Assembly (NCBI GenBank): GCA_002104905.1
Contig: MCFE01000165.1
Coordinates: 62,001-126,000, forward strand
Reading direction: 5' to 3'
Length of the DNA: 64,000 nt
Origin: Basidiobolus meristosporus CBS 931.73
Lineage: Eukaryota > Fungi > Basidiobolomycota
The notes under the pieces were generated by a model. It saw nothing but the letters and a program-made list of their open reading frames with translations, was not told the origin of the DNA and ran no database searches. The position numbers were made by a program, and so were the translations under genes. Below, in pieces: positions 1 through 13,300 of the stretch; the first letter of the stretch is position 1; the number at the start of each line of letters is the position of its first letter.

Positions 1-90
1 CTGAAGAGCATGCTCTAACATATTTGGGACTGTTACTAGTGGTTGATAATAGCACTAGCTTGATCTTGACTATGGTGAAAATATAGCCTC
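1..90 (-). repeat. Degenerate fragment of Copia family A LTR
   Basis: Aligns by eye to the reverse-oriented LTR at ~7980-8070 (gagcat..tgtaaca..ttgatcttgactat). Confidence 0.55.
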
Positions 91-2622
91 ATCCATCTAG
101 GAAAAAGTGACACCAGTGAGGGTGATGGTGAAGTTGCTCAGTGGTCCAGAGTAGTCCTGACTTGCAAGTTAGCTTCCAGCTATTAAATGATACCAAAAGG
201 TTCATTATATTGTTGGAGACCTGCACAGGTGTGTCTGGCACATGCTGAGCAAATTGAGCACAACAATGCTTTGACATGCCCTTTGGGATAAAAAACATTA
301 TGCTCTGCTAATACTCAATTTCAACATGTGTCTTGTTAAATATCTTCATAAACACAATTGGTCTTTAAGCCACAGCTATTGGCTGCGGCTTTTCTATTTC
401 TGATGACTCTATGAGTTAAATAATTGTGCAAGATTCATAAAGGGTGCGCTAATATCAGTATGAAAGCTCACAATTGACTCTAGGGCCATAGTTAAATCTT
501 TTGGCACAAGCTCAAACAGGTCCAACATTGCTTTATCAGGCCCTTACTGCACAGGTAAGCTGCAGGGATGGATGTTGCCACAGTTATACTCATGATTGGT
601 ACCCTGGAAGAAATAACTTGGCTAATCCTGCCAAAAGGCCATCACAAAGTTAAGATCTGTGACTAAGAGATATTGATCCCATGAGGACACTGTGCAAAGA
701 CCGTTAGAAAATAATTATAGCCCAGATTTAACAAAAAACTTAAAAAAGGTTTTTCATCACAACAATCCATAGGTGGCTTTTGATTGGGTTAATGCCTGTG
801 CTCTCACTTTCAGATCCTGAACACTGTATTACCTCCTACATATGTGCGCATTGATTGGCTGTTGCATCTTTTCACACCCTACTTCTTGACTCAACCACTT
901 CTCTTATTTTTCATGCTTACAAATAGATTAATTTCCATTATAGCTTCAGTTGTAACTTCATTGTCAATTTTTATGACCTAAATAAGTCCCATTACTACAA
1001 ACCAACACTAAGCTCCACCCCACACTCAGTATGTAACACCATTAAAATTCACTCATCAATAAATATTTTTGCTGTAATACTATATTTACATGACTCCAGC
1101 AGGAACCCAATGGCTTTATGCCACTGTTCAATCACTGGTTCTCATACATCCTGGTCTTCAGCCAGCACTGCAATGTCTGGCACCTCTTCTACTAGTCTTT
1201 GCAGTAGATTCTTGCAATATTCAGGTGGACTCTCTTAGGCACTACTCTTGGAGAAGTGCGCAACCACCCGGTATGCCTATTAGTGCTCCCAAATTCCAAC
1301 ATAGGCATTGTGATTGTCTCTGAGCAACAATGCATAAGTGGCTTATGATTAGCCCTCTGCCAATTCTCAACCTTTCTAATTGCATAGACTCATTTGCCTC
1401 CTATGTTAGTGTACATTGCTTGCCTGTTGCCTCTTTGTCACACTTCTTACCTCCTGATTCAACCATTTCTTCTACTTGCCATATATGTGAGCTGATTTAT
1501 CTTCATTGGAGCTTCATTTGTACCTTGATAACCAACCATATTGATCTATACAGGTCCTCATATCCAACTGTAGCTTTAGGCCCAGCCCTTCCCTCAACCA
1601 GTAACTCTATTAAAATCTACCATTTGTCAATGTTTCTGCCATGGCACTCTTTTTCCCTGATTTTGGTGGGAACACTGTGGCTTTATGGCAATGTTCATTT
1701 GCTGGCTCCCATGTGTCATGGTCTACCACTGGCACAGCCAGCTCTAGCACTCTAGTTGCCAGTCTTTGCAATCAATCATTGCAAAATTCAAGCATATGTT
1801 TTTGAACACTTCTTTTGAAGAAGCTCTGCACCCTTTTGGTATGTCTATTGATACTCCAAAATTCCACGGTAGGCATTGTGATAGTCTCTGAGCTCTTGAC
1901 ATTGCTACTTTGTCTGTTGCAGGAATCTCCACTCTTTCCAAAATGGAGGAAGTGGGGGCATGGTAGACTTATTGCTTTTGTTTGCAACCTCATCTACCTG
2001 CTAGAGTGTAGCTCAACCAGCTGTGCTTACAGCTCTTGAGAAAACTGCTTTTGTCTGGTGAATAACTCTCCTGGCAATGATGAGATTTAGCCTGTTCTGG
2101 GCTGATGGCATTGTTGAGTGAGAGCTAATGCTTATTTCCACACCTCCCTGACTCTAGCTTTGGTAGACTTGTTTCTCTTTGTCTTTTCCATTATCATTGC
2201 CTAGTCTCTCACAGCTGCTTTTACTGAGTGCTTCTTATTTGAACTTTACCTCCTCCTTGGTAAATGCGGCACTGGCGCATCTGCTTTTGCCTGCTGTTTC
2301 ATGCTGGTACCCTCCAGCCAGCCTGGCATGTCTTTGCTGCATGTTTGGAATTTCAAGCTCCTGAGAAAGCAGCAGGTTGTTAAAATGGTCAATCCCTTGA
2401 CTGCCACTATGACTAAGTGCTTCTTTTATCAAACCTTATTTCTCCTTGATGAATGCTGCACTAATGCGTTTGTTTTTTCCCGCTTGTACCTTATAGGCAC
2501 ACTTCTAGCTACCTAACATCTCTTTGCTGCTTCTTCAGGTACTTTCTGCCTTGCTTATGACAAGCTTTTAAGGAAGCAACTGGATTTCAGCTATTGCCCC
2601 CCTGTTCTACTGTATTTGAAAG

Positions 2623-2992
2623 TGTTGTAATATTGAACTATTTGGTATAATTCAGCAGCTAAAAGTTTACTTAACAATTCTAGACTAGTCTTAGTCACTG
2701 TAGGACTCATTTACTACCTTAACTTTGCCACTTTCTCCCAATATATGATCTTATGATTATTCCCCTATAGTCAGTATCAAATTAGCACTATCAGCAAACA
2801 TTATGTACTAACCCTGAAACTGTTACAGAATGCTCCTGAATATTGAGAAACCCTCCCTACTTAGTGTTACAGCTGTATTACTTCTACAAAGGTATAAATA
2901 CTGAGCTTTCTTTATGAATAAACAACAGTTCAACTTTTATCACTATTTCTTGATAAGCTCCTTATATCCAAATCACTTCTTAAATTGCAACA
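2623..2992 (+). repeat. 5' LTR of Copia A (370 bp)
   Basis: Direct repeat of 6943-7312, TGTTG...CAACA ends. Confidence 0.97.
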
Positions 2993-3004
2993 GGTTATGA
3001 GCCC
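2993..3004 (+). promoter_or_regulatory. Primer-binding site complementary to the anticodon stem-loop of initiator tRNA-Met
   Basis: GGTTATGAGCCC directly after the LTR; complement of GGGCUCAUAACC. Confidence 0.85.
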
Positions 3005-3028
3005 CAATTGCCTTAATCTATTCTAAAG

Positions 3029-4561
3029 ATGACTTCTACCAGCAAACAGAGCAATACCATCATCTTCCCTTTAACAGAGAGGTTTGATAGGAAGAACAAC
3101 AGACTTTGGAGAATCAAGATGTGGATCCACCTTGAGGAAAGAAAGCTATGGAACATAGTAACAGGAAAGGAAGTTGAGCCCAAAGGAACAGCAGAAGATG
3201 GGGAGAAGTTTCATGAGAAGGAGAGAAAGGCCTTCAATGCCATATGCATCAGTGTGCAAGACTCCTTCATTGGACAGATTCATGCCTCAAATACTGCCAA
3301 AGCAGCATGGGAATCCTTAGAGAAGATCTTTAGAGCAAAGTCAGTATCAAGCAAGCTTTATTTGAAACAAAAGTTCTTCAACATGAGGAAGAAGCCAGAT
3401 CATGACATGCTACAACTCATTACCAGAATGGAGACACTTGCAGAAGAACTTTACAGTATTAATGCTGGTGTAGGTAATGAAGAAAAGATACTCTGTCTGC
3501 TTTGCAGCCTACCAGACAAGTATGAGCCTCTCATACTTTCTTTTGAAAGCAGAGAAGTCAATTTGACTTTAGACTCCGTCAAAGGAAGACTTCTTCATGA
3601 AGAACTCAGACCTAATGATCAAGCAGAGAAAATTGAAGATAATGCTTTATTCAGTTCAGAAAGGCACACAGAAAAGAAGGGAAAGCAACAAAACCAAAGA
3701 AAACCTGGCTGCTGTAACTACTGTAAAAAGCCAGGACACTGGGCAAGAGAATGCAAGAAGAAACAAGCAGACAAAAAACAGAAACTAGAGCAGGCAAACC
3801 ATATAACTAATGATGAGCAGTTATTTGTAACTGTACAAGAGAGTGCAAGTGACCAAAGTAAAGAATGGTATATTGACTCTGGAGCATCACAGCATATTTG
3901 TGGTATAAAGGATTGGTTCAGCAACTTAAAGACTATTCCCGTAAGAAAGGTTTATCTGGAAGACAACTCTGCGGTGGAAGCTACTGCCAGTGGGTCTATA
4001 CAACCAAATATTAGTGATAACTCAGGGGCAACAACAGCAAAACTGACTGACGTACTTTATGTACCTGGAATAGCTAAGAACTTACTCTCAGTCAGTAAAG
4101 CAACTACTCAGGGACTGAAATTTGCTTTTACTAAGCTGAGCTGCTCAATATTGAGTGAAAATGGACAAAAATTAGCTTTTAGAATCAGAGATCACAATAT
4201 ATTCAAGTTACAATGCAAGATCATTGTACCTGAGCATGTCAGCATTGCTAAAACTGATGAAACCAGCTGGGAGACGTGGCATAGCAGGTTAGGACACATA
4301 GGGGAACTAAAAATGAGGCAATTGGTGAAAAATCAACTAGTTTTGGGCCTAAATTACATAATTCCAATCATATTGAATGTCTGTAAGGAAGGTTCATATG
4401 GCAAACAAGCTAGGCAGCATTTCAAGAGCTCAGGAGGCATCAATACTACCAAAATACTGGCTATTGTAAACTCAGATATATGTGGTCCTATGAGAACACT
4501 GTCCTCTGGAGCCAAGAAATACTTTATGACGTTTATTGATGACAAGACAAGATATACATGA
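3029..4561 (+). pseudogene. Copia gag-protease-GAG-pre-integrase ORF (510 aa), 5' part of an interrupted polyprotein
   Basis: UBN2-type gag, zinc knuckle CNYCKKPGHWAREC, protease WYIDSGAS, WHSRLGH, integrase start NSDICGPM...TFIDD. Confidence 0.95.
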
Positions 4562-6930
4562 GTGTACTTCCTCAAAACAAAGGATAAAGCTTTAGAGATG
4601 TTTAAGCACTTCAAGAACATGACAGAAACACAAACTGGGTGTAAATTGAAGGTGCTACAAAGTGATAATGGAGGGGAATACTGCTCAAAAGAGCTTGCAA
4701 AATACTGCACATCTACTGGTATGCTTCAACAAACCACTGTTCCTCATAATCCACAGCAAAATAGAGTAGCAGAATGTGCAAATAGAACAATAGTAGAGAT
4801 GGGAAGATATATGCTACACCATAAGGGAATGGACTACAAGTCTTTGGGCTGAATCTGTTGCTACCGCTGTATACATCACAAACAGATGCTCAACAACAGC
4901 ACTACGTGATTCTGCACTATTTGAAGCATATACAGGCAAAAAAACCAGATCTCCAGCACCTCAGGATCTTTGGCAGTGATGTTTTTTATCACATCCCTGA
5001 CAAAAAACACTCTCTGTTGGAATCAAAGAGTAGAAAAGGGATCTTTCTTGGGTATTGTGAAGATACCAAAGGGTATAGCGTGTATGATGGCAATATTCAG
5101 AAGCTGATCAGGAGAAGCAACATTGTATTTGAGGAGAACTCAGATCAGAAAGCCACAGAAATCATTTGACCAGCTGCCAGATGATGCAATCTACACTAAT
5201 GAAGAAGATACGCACCAAATCCAGCTGGATACGGAAGACATTTCTACCAGTTGCAGATCAGAACAGATTATCCCAGTTAGCAGATCTATTAGAATAAGCA
5301 ATGCCCCTGGATCCTGGTGGCAGACATCCAATGGTGATGAAGAAGCTTATCTTGCCTTATGTGCCAAGCCTCAGAATCTGCAACAGGTAATGCAAAGTCT
5401 AGATGCTACTTAGTGACAACAAGCCATGCAGGATGAGTACTAATCACTGATCAAGGCAAAAATGTGGGAACTGATAGATTTACCAAATGGGAGTAAGCCA
5501 ATAGGGTGTAGATAAGTCTACAAGATCAAGATAACCTCTAATGGTGCCGTTGATAAGTACAAGGCTAGATTGTTAGCTAACGGCTATTCCCAGATCCAGG
5601 GACTAGACTTTAAGGAAACATTTGCTCCGGTTGCCAAGTTTAACTCTATTAGGACAGTTCTAGCCCTGGCAGCTGTACACAGTCTAGATCTACACCAAAT
5701 AGACGTCAAAACAGCCATTCTAAATGGGAATTTGCAAGAGACTATATATATGGAGCAACCAGAAGGTTTTACCAATCCATAAGGCCCCCATAAGGTGTGC
5801 AAACTTAGAAAATTGCTGTATGGGCTTAAGCAGGCACCCAGAGCATGGTATAACAAGATTGACACATATCTAGAGGAAATTGGGTTCTCTCGTAGCACTG
5901 CAGATCACATTATATATGTGAAACAGCTCAAAAAGGGCGTGATCCTCCTAGTTCTTTATGTGGACAACCTACTTATAGCTACAAGTGACTAAGAGGCACT
6001 TAAACAGACAAAATCAGATCTCTTCAGCAAGTTTGAGATGAAAGATCTTGGAAAATTGAGCTACTTTCTTGGAATTGAGGTCAAGTTTGACATACCTATG
6101 CAGAAAATTGTGCTGAATCAGTCTAAGTACATCAGAGATATTCTTAGACGCTTCAAAATGGAAAATTGCAAACCTGCAGCAACCTTTATGGACAATAACC
6201 TGAAATGAAGCAAATCTCAGCCAGTTATAGATGAAAATGGCTCAAATATGGACCAAAACTTTCCCTATCAATCAATAATTGGTAGCCTAATGTACTTGAT
6301 GGTGTCTACATGTCCAGATATTGCAGTGGCAGTTGGAATAGTCAGTCAATTCATGCCAAATTATGGTTCAGATCAAATTGCAGCAGTTAAGTGGATTTTC
6401 AGATATCTACAAGGTACCATAAATATGGTACTGGAATACTCTGGAGCAGCTAATAGGCAGGTATTTGATGGATATAGTGATTTTGATTGAGGTAGGGATC
6501 TGATTGACAGATGCTCTACCACAGGCTATGTATTTCTTTATGCTGGTGCAGCTATTACTTGGAATTGCAAGAAACAACCAGCTGTTGCCCTATCTACAAT
6601 TGAAGCCAAATATATGGCTGCATGTCAAGCAACTAAGGAGGCTATATGGCTACAAATATAATTCAAAGACTTAAGTATTAATTCAGATGAGCTAACATGT
6701 ATGTACAAGGATAAACAAAGTTGTATTTCATTTGCTAGAAATCCTACTAATATGCCAGAACTAAGCACATTGATATACAGCATCACTTTGTGAGGGAAGC
6801 TGTAGAAAATAACTTGGTGTAGTTAGTTTACTGCCCAATTGACAAAATGGTGGCAGATATATTGACAAAACCACTAGCTAGGCCAAAGTTTGAGATCCTT
6901 AGAGAGAAATTGGGATTAAGAAATTATTTA
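4562..6930 (+). pseudogene. Copia integrase core, RT and RNase H with multiple stops/frameshifts
   Basis: SDNGGEY, PQQNRVAE, ETFAPVA, LYGLKQAPRAWY, LYVDNLL, GYSDFD motifs spread over broken ORFs. Confidence 0.95.
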
Positions 6931-6942
6931 GTTGAGGGGGAG

Positions 6943-7312
6943 TGTTGAAATATTGGACTATTTGATATTGTTCAACAGCTAAAAATTTACTTAACAATTC
7001 TAGACTAGTCTTAGTCACTGTAGGACTCATTTACTACCTTAACTTTGCCACTTTCTCCCAATATATGATCTTATGATTATTCCCCTATAGTCACAATCAA
7101 ATTTGCACTATTACCAAACATTATGAACTAACCCTGAAATTGTTACAGAATGCTCCTGAATATTGAGAAACCCTCCCTACTTAGTGTTACAGCTGTATTA
7201 CTTCTACAAAGGTATAAATACTGAGCTTTCTTTATGAATAAACAACAGTTCAACTTTTATCACTATTTCTTGATAAGTTCCTTATATCCAAATTACTTCT
7301 TAAATTGCAACA
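6943..7312 (+). repeat. 3' LTR of Copia A
   Basis: Direct repeat of 2623-2992, preceded by a polypurine tract. Confidence 0.97.
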
Positions 7313-7474
7313 GAAAGAGTCTGCTATTCCTGACACACTTTCTCAGCATACCAGTGCTGGCACAAAGTCTGTTTGTTATCTTGAATTCTGGACACTGCTC
7401 ATGGAACAAGTCAGGTACATTTTGCTTGGCCTTGAGTTCCTGACAGCCTTATGGTATGCTGATCTTGAGGTAAC

Positions 7475-8195
7475 TGTTGCAATTTAAGAAGTGATTTGGA
7501 TATATTGAACTTATCAGAAATAATGATAATAGGTGACGTGTTGTTTATTCACAAGGAGGGTCATTATATATACATTTGTATAAGTAATACAGCTGTAACA
7601 TAGAGTAATTTAGGTTTCTGAACATTCAGGAGCATTCTGTAATAGTTTCAGCAGTAGTACATTATGCTTGGATAAAAATGTTAATTTGATCATGACTAGT
7701 GGAGATTAATCCTAGGTCATAGATCTGAAGAAACTGGCTTCTCCTTTACAGGGAAGATGTTTGTATTGCTCTGTTTGCTGGTGGAAGTTATATTGAGAAG
7801 AGATCAAGGTAATTGGGGCTCATGACCTGTTACAGTTTAAGAAGTGATTTTGATATACTGAACTTATCAAAAAAAATTAATACTAGTTGAACTGCTGTTT
7901 ATTCACAAAGAGGGTGAGTATTATACCTTTGTAGAAGTAATACAGCTGTAACACTAAGTAAAGAGGGCTTTCCAACACTCAGGAGCATTCTGTAACAGTT
8001 TTGGGATGGCACATAATACTTGGTAAAAAGCATTGACTTGATCTTGACTATAGCAGAATAATAACCAAGTAAGAGTTCTGAAGAGACTAGCAAGGTAAGG
8101 GTTGTAAGCTAGTTCCACAGTGACCAAGGCTATTCCAGAATTGCTAAGTAGGTTTTTGAATACAGAATGATATCAAATAGTTCAATATTTTAACA
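7475..8195 (-). mobile_element. Miniature internally deleted Copia A (full 5' LTR 7828-8195, PBS, ~90 bp leader/gag start, truncated 3' LTR 7475-~7740)
   Basis: Two reverse LTR copies, PBS ggtcatgagcccc, near-perfect TSD GTAAC/GTAAT (7470-7474 / 8196-8200). Confidence 0.85.
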
Positions 8196-9699
8196 GTAAT
8201 GCCATGCTTAACTTCTAAAGGCTACTTGGATATTGGACAACTCTTCCTTATTGAATTTCACAGCTTCATTGGTGTGCAATGTCTTTGATTTCTTGGCTTG
8301 GGTATATACCACAAAGTACTTCAGTCCATGCTGTAATTGGTTTTTCTGTGGGCTATGTTTTTGGACACTGCTTTTGTGCTTCAAAGACTGTACAGGGTTC
8401 CTCTTTGGTTGCATTGGGAAATGATGCAATTCTTGCCTGTGATATTGATCTATTTCAGTTCCTTCTTTGCACCAAAGATACTGACTTCTCACCCAGAACA
8501 TTATTTGCTCTGCCCCTATTTGACTTACTCCATTGTACCATGCCAGGGCATACAGTGCAATCTGCAATTGCAATGAACAATGGGGTGTGATATTGTAGCT
8601 ACCAGTAGGCAGGATTGCTATTAGACAATTGTGCACTATCCAAGATAATCTTGTAGACTATGACCCATCAGACATGATGAGGCAAGCACCAATGATCTTA
8701 CCAACTTGTAATAGTTGCATCACATGCTCAATTGGATATTGTTTATGCGGTAGGTAAAATCTGGTATTTCAATATATATCTTCAATGTAAATGAAAATAA
8801 ACACATATCACACCATAAGCTACATTAATACCTGCAATTTTTGTATTGTTGCTCTAATTGAACAGTAAGTCTCTGGTTGATTGATCTTAGATTATCCTCA
8901 GGCTGTTAACCCCCAATTGGCCCACTGACCAGTGCACAAGCTACCTGATTTGCCATCAAATATCCAATTTTACCTGTTGAACAAGTAAATCCCTGATCTT
9001 TGTGATTGGACAAGGTGTCATAGCCAGCACGCAACCTAATGTGTATGTGCAAATCAGTTCAAGTTGCTATACTATGCTTACAGATGATGTATACCTATGC
9101 AGAGTGCTTATTGTATGGGCTCTGTCTCATATATGAGCTAACCCTGCTATGACCTATCACAAAATTTCAGTGATCACTGATTTGCAATGGCTCATTTTAG
9201 ATTGCAAAAAAGCATTATTGAATCATGATAAATAGTAACAGTTCAGTTCAACTGCATCACCTTCTATGTCTTTTTCTCACAAGGATTACTACCAAAGCAT
9301 TTGGCAGTGATTCACTTTGCACACCTGAACTACTTCCTTGCTAACTATCATCTTGGCTACTTGTATACTAGTAGTCAGTGTTCTGCCCCATTGTGATGAG
9401 TGTATGTCAAATTAATTCAGGGCACTTGTATTAAGGGTGCCAGCGTAGATTGGACTGATGTGCACCAGTGCACTGACATTACAGGGGAATGTTTGGAATC
9501 CAGCAAGGCACATTGGTGCAATCTAGACTCAGTTGCTTGCAGCCTGTATTCTTCCTCTTGAAGCTCACCTTCCTATTCCTCAAGGTATTCACTTACCCTC
9601 TGTCTGATACTTTGGAACTGTTGACTTGATGAGTCCTGTGTTTATTGTTCTTAGAAGCCACTTAGCTCTTCTTATATATCATGTACTACATGAGTCATT

Positions 9700-9875
9700 T
9701 GAGGCAAAAACTTTTCAAAGTCTAAGCAGAAGTCCTCGTATTCTGGCCAACACAAGGCACATTGTGTGACATTTCAGGCACTGTTCAATATTGAGGGTAA
9801 CATCCTTAAGTTTAGTGGGCCATTTGCTGGAAGTAGGCATAACAAAGCACTCTGGGTAGAGAATCATCAATAATT
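9700..9875 (+). pseudogene. PIF/Harbinger (ISL2EU/DDE_Tnp_4-like) transposase relic, N-terminal part
   Basis: Translation KQKSSYSGQHKAHCVTFQALFNIEGNILKFSGPFAGSRHN resembles Q..YSG.K..H..K.Q....G.I....GP..GS.HD. Confidence 0.65.
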
Positions 9876-10243
9876 TGCTATGATCTGCCGCTTGAATGTT
9901 TAAGTTAGATCAGTTTTTAGCCAAATCAATTAGTATATGTTTAGGTTATCAGTATATCAGTATTATCTATCATATCAGTAGCATTAGTCAGCAAATGGAT
10001 CAGCAGATCCTTATCAGACTGAAATAGATATATTAAGTAGGATCTTATTGGGTGATGATGATGCAATCAAATGAGTCATCAGCCACAACCTACATTAGGA
10101 AATACAATTAGTCAGCAATTGATCTGGCAAAATATATATAAGGAGCTGCTGGAACCTCAATAAAGATCAGTTCAAGTTTTAGTGAATACAATACTAGCTA
10201 AACTCCCTATTCCTATACAACTCTTATACCAAGACTTGTAACA
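9876..10243 (+). repeat. 5' LTR of Gypsy
   Basis: Direct repeat of 14452-14820; TG(C/T)TA...TAACA ends. Confidence 0.95.
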
Positions 10244-10301
10244 TTGGTAGCAGCAATAACCAGAAACCTCCCTCCTGAAGAAAGAAGAAACCACCCTCAA
10301 G

Positions 10302-13300
10302 ATGTTGGACAATCAAGGATGGAAGAATGCCATACAGCAAATCCTGGCCCAACAGCAACAGTTACTCCAGATCCTCAGCCAACAGCAACAAGGGATGACT
10401 ACCATGGCTCAGAGCCAGCAAAGCCCTGTCAAGAGCAACTTTAGTGTGATGGTCAACCAGTACCATGGCAGAGTCAATGAAAGCCTGGGAACTTGGCTCT
10501 TTCAGATTGAAGAAGCTTTTAGGGCTAAAGGAATTGCTCCAGAAAGCAAGGTACATTATGCAGCCTCTTACCTGGCAGACGCAGCTTTGCAGTGGTACCA
10601 CAACAGGATCAGGTCAGCCACCATGATGGGATGCTCTACAATCTCTACCTGGGATGAGTTTGTGTTAGAAATTCAGGATGCCTTTGCGCCTCCACACCAA
10701 CAGACACTACTAAGAAGAAAGTTGAAGACACTCAGACAAAAAGGAATGGTCCAAGAGTACATCTATGAATATAGATGTCTACTTGGGCAAATCTAAAGAA
10801 TGGACCCTCTGGATCAAGTTGAATACTTTATTGATGGGTTGAAAGACAGAACTTGTAAGGAAGTGAATTATCAAAGACCTCAGACTATGAAAGAAGCCAT
10901 CAAGATTGCCATTGACTATGACTCAGCTATGTTTGGAGTTGGGAAGCCCACAATGACTAATCAGAGAGGCTACAATCACTATAAAATGAGACAATCAGAA
11001 GCAGTGCCAATGGAAATAAATGCTCTGCAGAAGAATCCTACCTCAGAAGAATGTAAGAAGAAAGGTCTTTGCTTCAATTGCCACCAGCAAGGACATATTG
11101 CAAAGTACTGCCCTCTGAGAAGAAATGGACACCAGCCATCAAGAACCTTTGACCGTATTGAGGCCAGGGGGCATAGTAACATGGAGGATGAACTTGAAGA
11201 AGACTCAGAACTCACCTTCCACATGACAGAAGAATACCTATCCCAGATGACCTCAAATTCAGGAAAGCTATTATACTTGAATGGAGAAATCAATGGAGTA
11301 CCTGCCAAGATCATGATTGACTCAGGAGCATTGCATGAGTACATGTCAGAGCAATTTGCTCTGAAAGATGGAATCAACTTGGAACCTACCAAGTCAACTT
11401 CAGTCTCCACAGCTGATGGGAACTCTCACATAATCAACTGTATTACTCAGCCAGTAAGGGTGAAGATCAATGGCTATGAAGAAGATCTACAGGCCTATAT
11501 ATTTGGGAACTGCAAGTTTGACCTTGTACTTGGGAAAACCTGGCTATTTTGTTGTAATCCATCAATCAACTGGAGAACCCATGCTACTCAGATCCAGAAG
11601 GACAACAAGACCTATGAGCTATTACCTGCCAGACTGGATTTCAGCTTGGACAATTCCAGTATGTGTGAGACAAGTGAGCTTAGCACAACACAGTTCTGTA
11701 GAGCACTAAGAAAAGGCACTCAGATGTTCTTCATGGCAGTATTATAGGTGGATTCCTTGACTCCAGTACACCAGAAGGTCCAGACTCTTTTGAAGGAGTA
11801 TTCAGACGTATTTTCAGAAGAGCTTGTAAGCCTACCACCAGTCAGAGATGTGGATCATGCCATTGAAACAGGAGATAGCCCTCCAGTGAGTAAGACACCT
11901 TACAGAATGAGTCCATTGGAGTTGGAAGAGATGAAGAGACAAATAGATCAGTTATTGGAGCAAGGATATATCAGACCCAGCAAATCACCTTGGGGAGCAC
12001 CAGTACTTTTTGTGAAGAAGAAGGATGGAGCACTTAGGATGTGCATTGACTACAGAGCCCTCAACTCAGTTACTGTGAAGAATAAGTACCCCATACCTTG
12101 GATTGATGAGCTCTTGGACCAACTCAATGGAGCCACTATTTTCAGCAAGATTGGCTTCATGTCAGGATACAACAAGATTAGGGTGAAGTCAGAAGACATC
12201 CCTAAGACAGCATTCAGGACCAGATATGGACATTACAAGTACTTAGTCATGAGTTTTGGCCTCACCAATGCCCCTGCAACTTTCATGACCCTGATGCCGA
12301 CTGCCTTCCAGGAGTACTTAGACAAGTTTGTTATAATCTACCTAGATGATGTACTGATATACAGCAAGACAGATGAGGATTATGTGGTGCACATTGAAAA
12401 GGTCTTGAAGAAGCTAAGAGAGAGCAAGCTTTATGGCAAGCTACCCAAGTGTGAATTCTTTAAGGAACGCATTGAATATCTGGGACACATAGTGACTAGC
12501 ACAGGAGTAATCTTAGATCCTAAGAAGGTGGAAGTAATCAAGAATCTGAAGCATGCCCATAGCAAACAAGAGCTCAGATCATTCCTTGGAATGGTTTCCT
12601 ATTATTGGAGATTTGTTAAGTCATTTGCAAGTATTGCAGCCCCTTAACTGATATCTACAAGAAAGACAATACCTACAAGTGGGACATAGCTTGTGAGACT
12701 GCCTTCCAGATGCTCAAGAATGAACTTGCTAAGCTGCCAAGCTTAAGAATAGCAGACTTCAGAAAAGAGTTCACTCTGTGCACAGATGCTTCAGATTATG
12801 CAATTGGTGGAGTGCTGAGCCAAGAACACAAGGGAAAGGACTACCCTGTTGCCTTTGAATCTAAGAAACTGAACTCAGCAGAGAAAAACTATCCAGTCCA
12901 TGAGAAGGAGATGCTTGCTATAATACACTGTTTGAAGACATGGAGATGCTATATTGAATGAGTCAAATGCACTGTGAAGACTGATCATGCCTCCCTCAAG
13001 CATATATTTACTCAGAAGGTACTCTCTAGAAGAATGACAAGATGGAGTGAATACATTCAGCAATTTGACTTGGAGATTGTCTACTGCCCTGGAAAAAACA
13101 ACACGGTTGCTGATGCCTTATCAAGATTAGATCAAGTTGCACAACTCAACTTGGTGCATGAATCAGATTGGCCTAGCCTATTACCAAGGTACTTGGAGGA
13201 CCAAGCCATTCCTAATGAGGTGGATGAAGATATCAAAAAGATAATATGTGATGAAGCCAGCAAGTTTGTAGTACAGGATGAAACACTCTACCAAATTGAT

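Larger units (their letters stand above)
2623..7312 (+). mobile_element. Full-length Ty1/Copia LTR retrotransposon, family A (4690 bp, inactivated)
   Basis: TG..CA LTRs at 2623-2992 and 6943-7312; 5-bp TSD GAAAG (2618-2622 / 7313-7317); PBS GGTTATGAGCCC; PPT GAGGGGGAG; gag-PR-IN-RT-RH order. Confidence 0.97.
760..8640 (-). mobile_element. Relic of the CACTA-associated accessory ORF (ORF X), copy 1, in pieces 760-2622, 7313-7474 and 8196-8640, interrupted by two Copia insertions
   Basis: After removing the insertions at their TSDs the flanks are continuous and colinear with 28800-29820 (+), which lies downstream of a CACTA terminus. Confidence 0.65.

Noticed and set aside
960-1030. LVCSNG (DUF932-like) peptide on the minus strand
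   Set aside because: Short motif among stops, inside the 570-bp duplicated unit; not supported.
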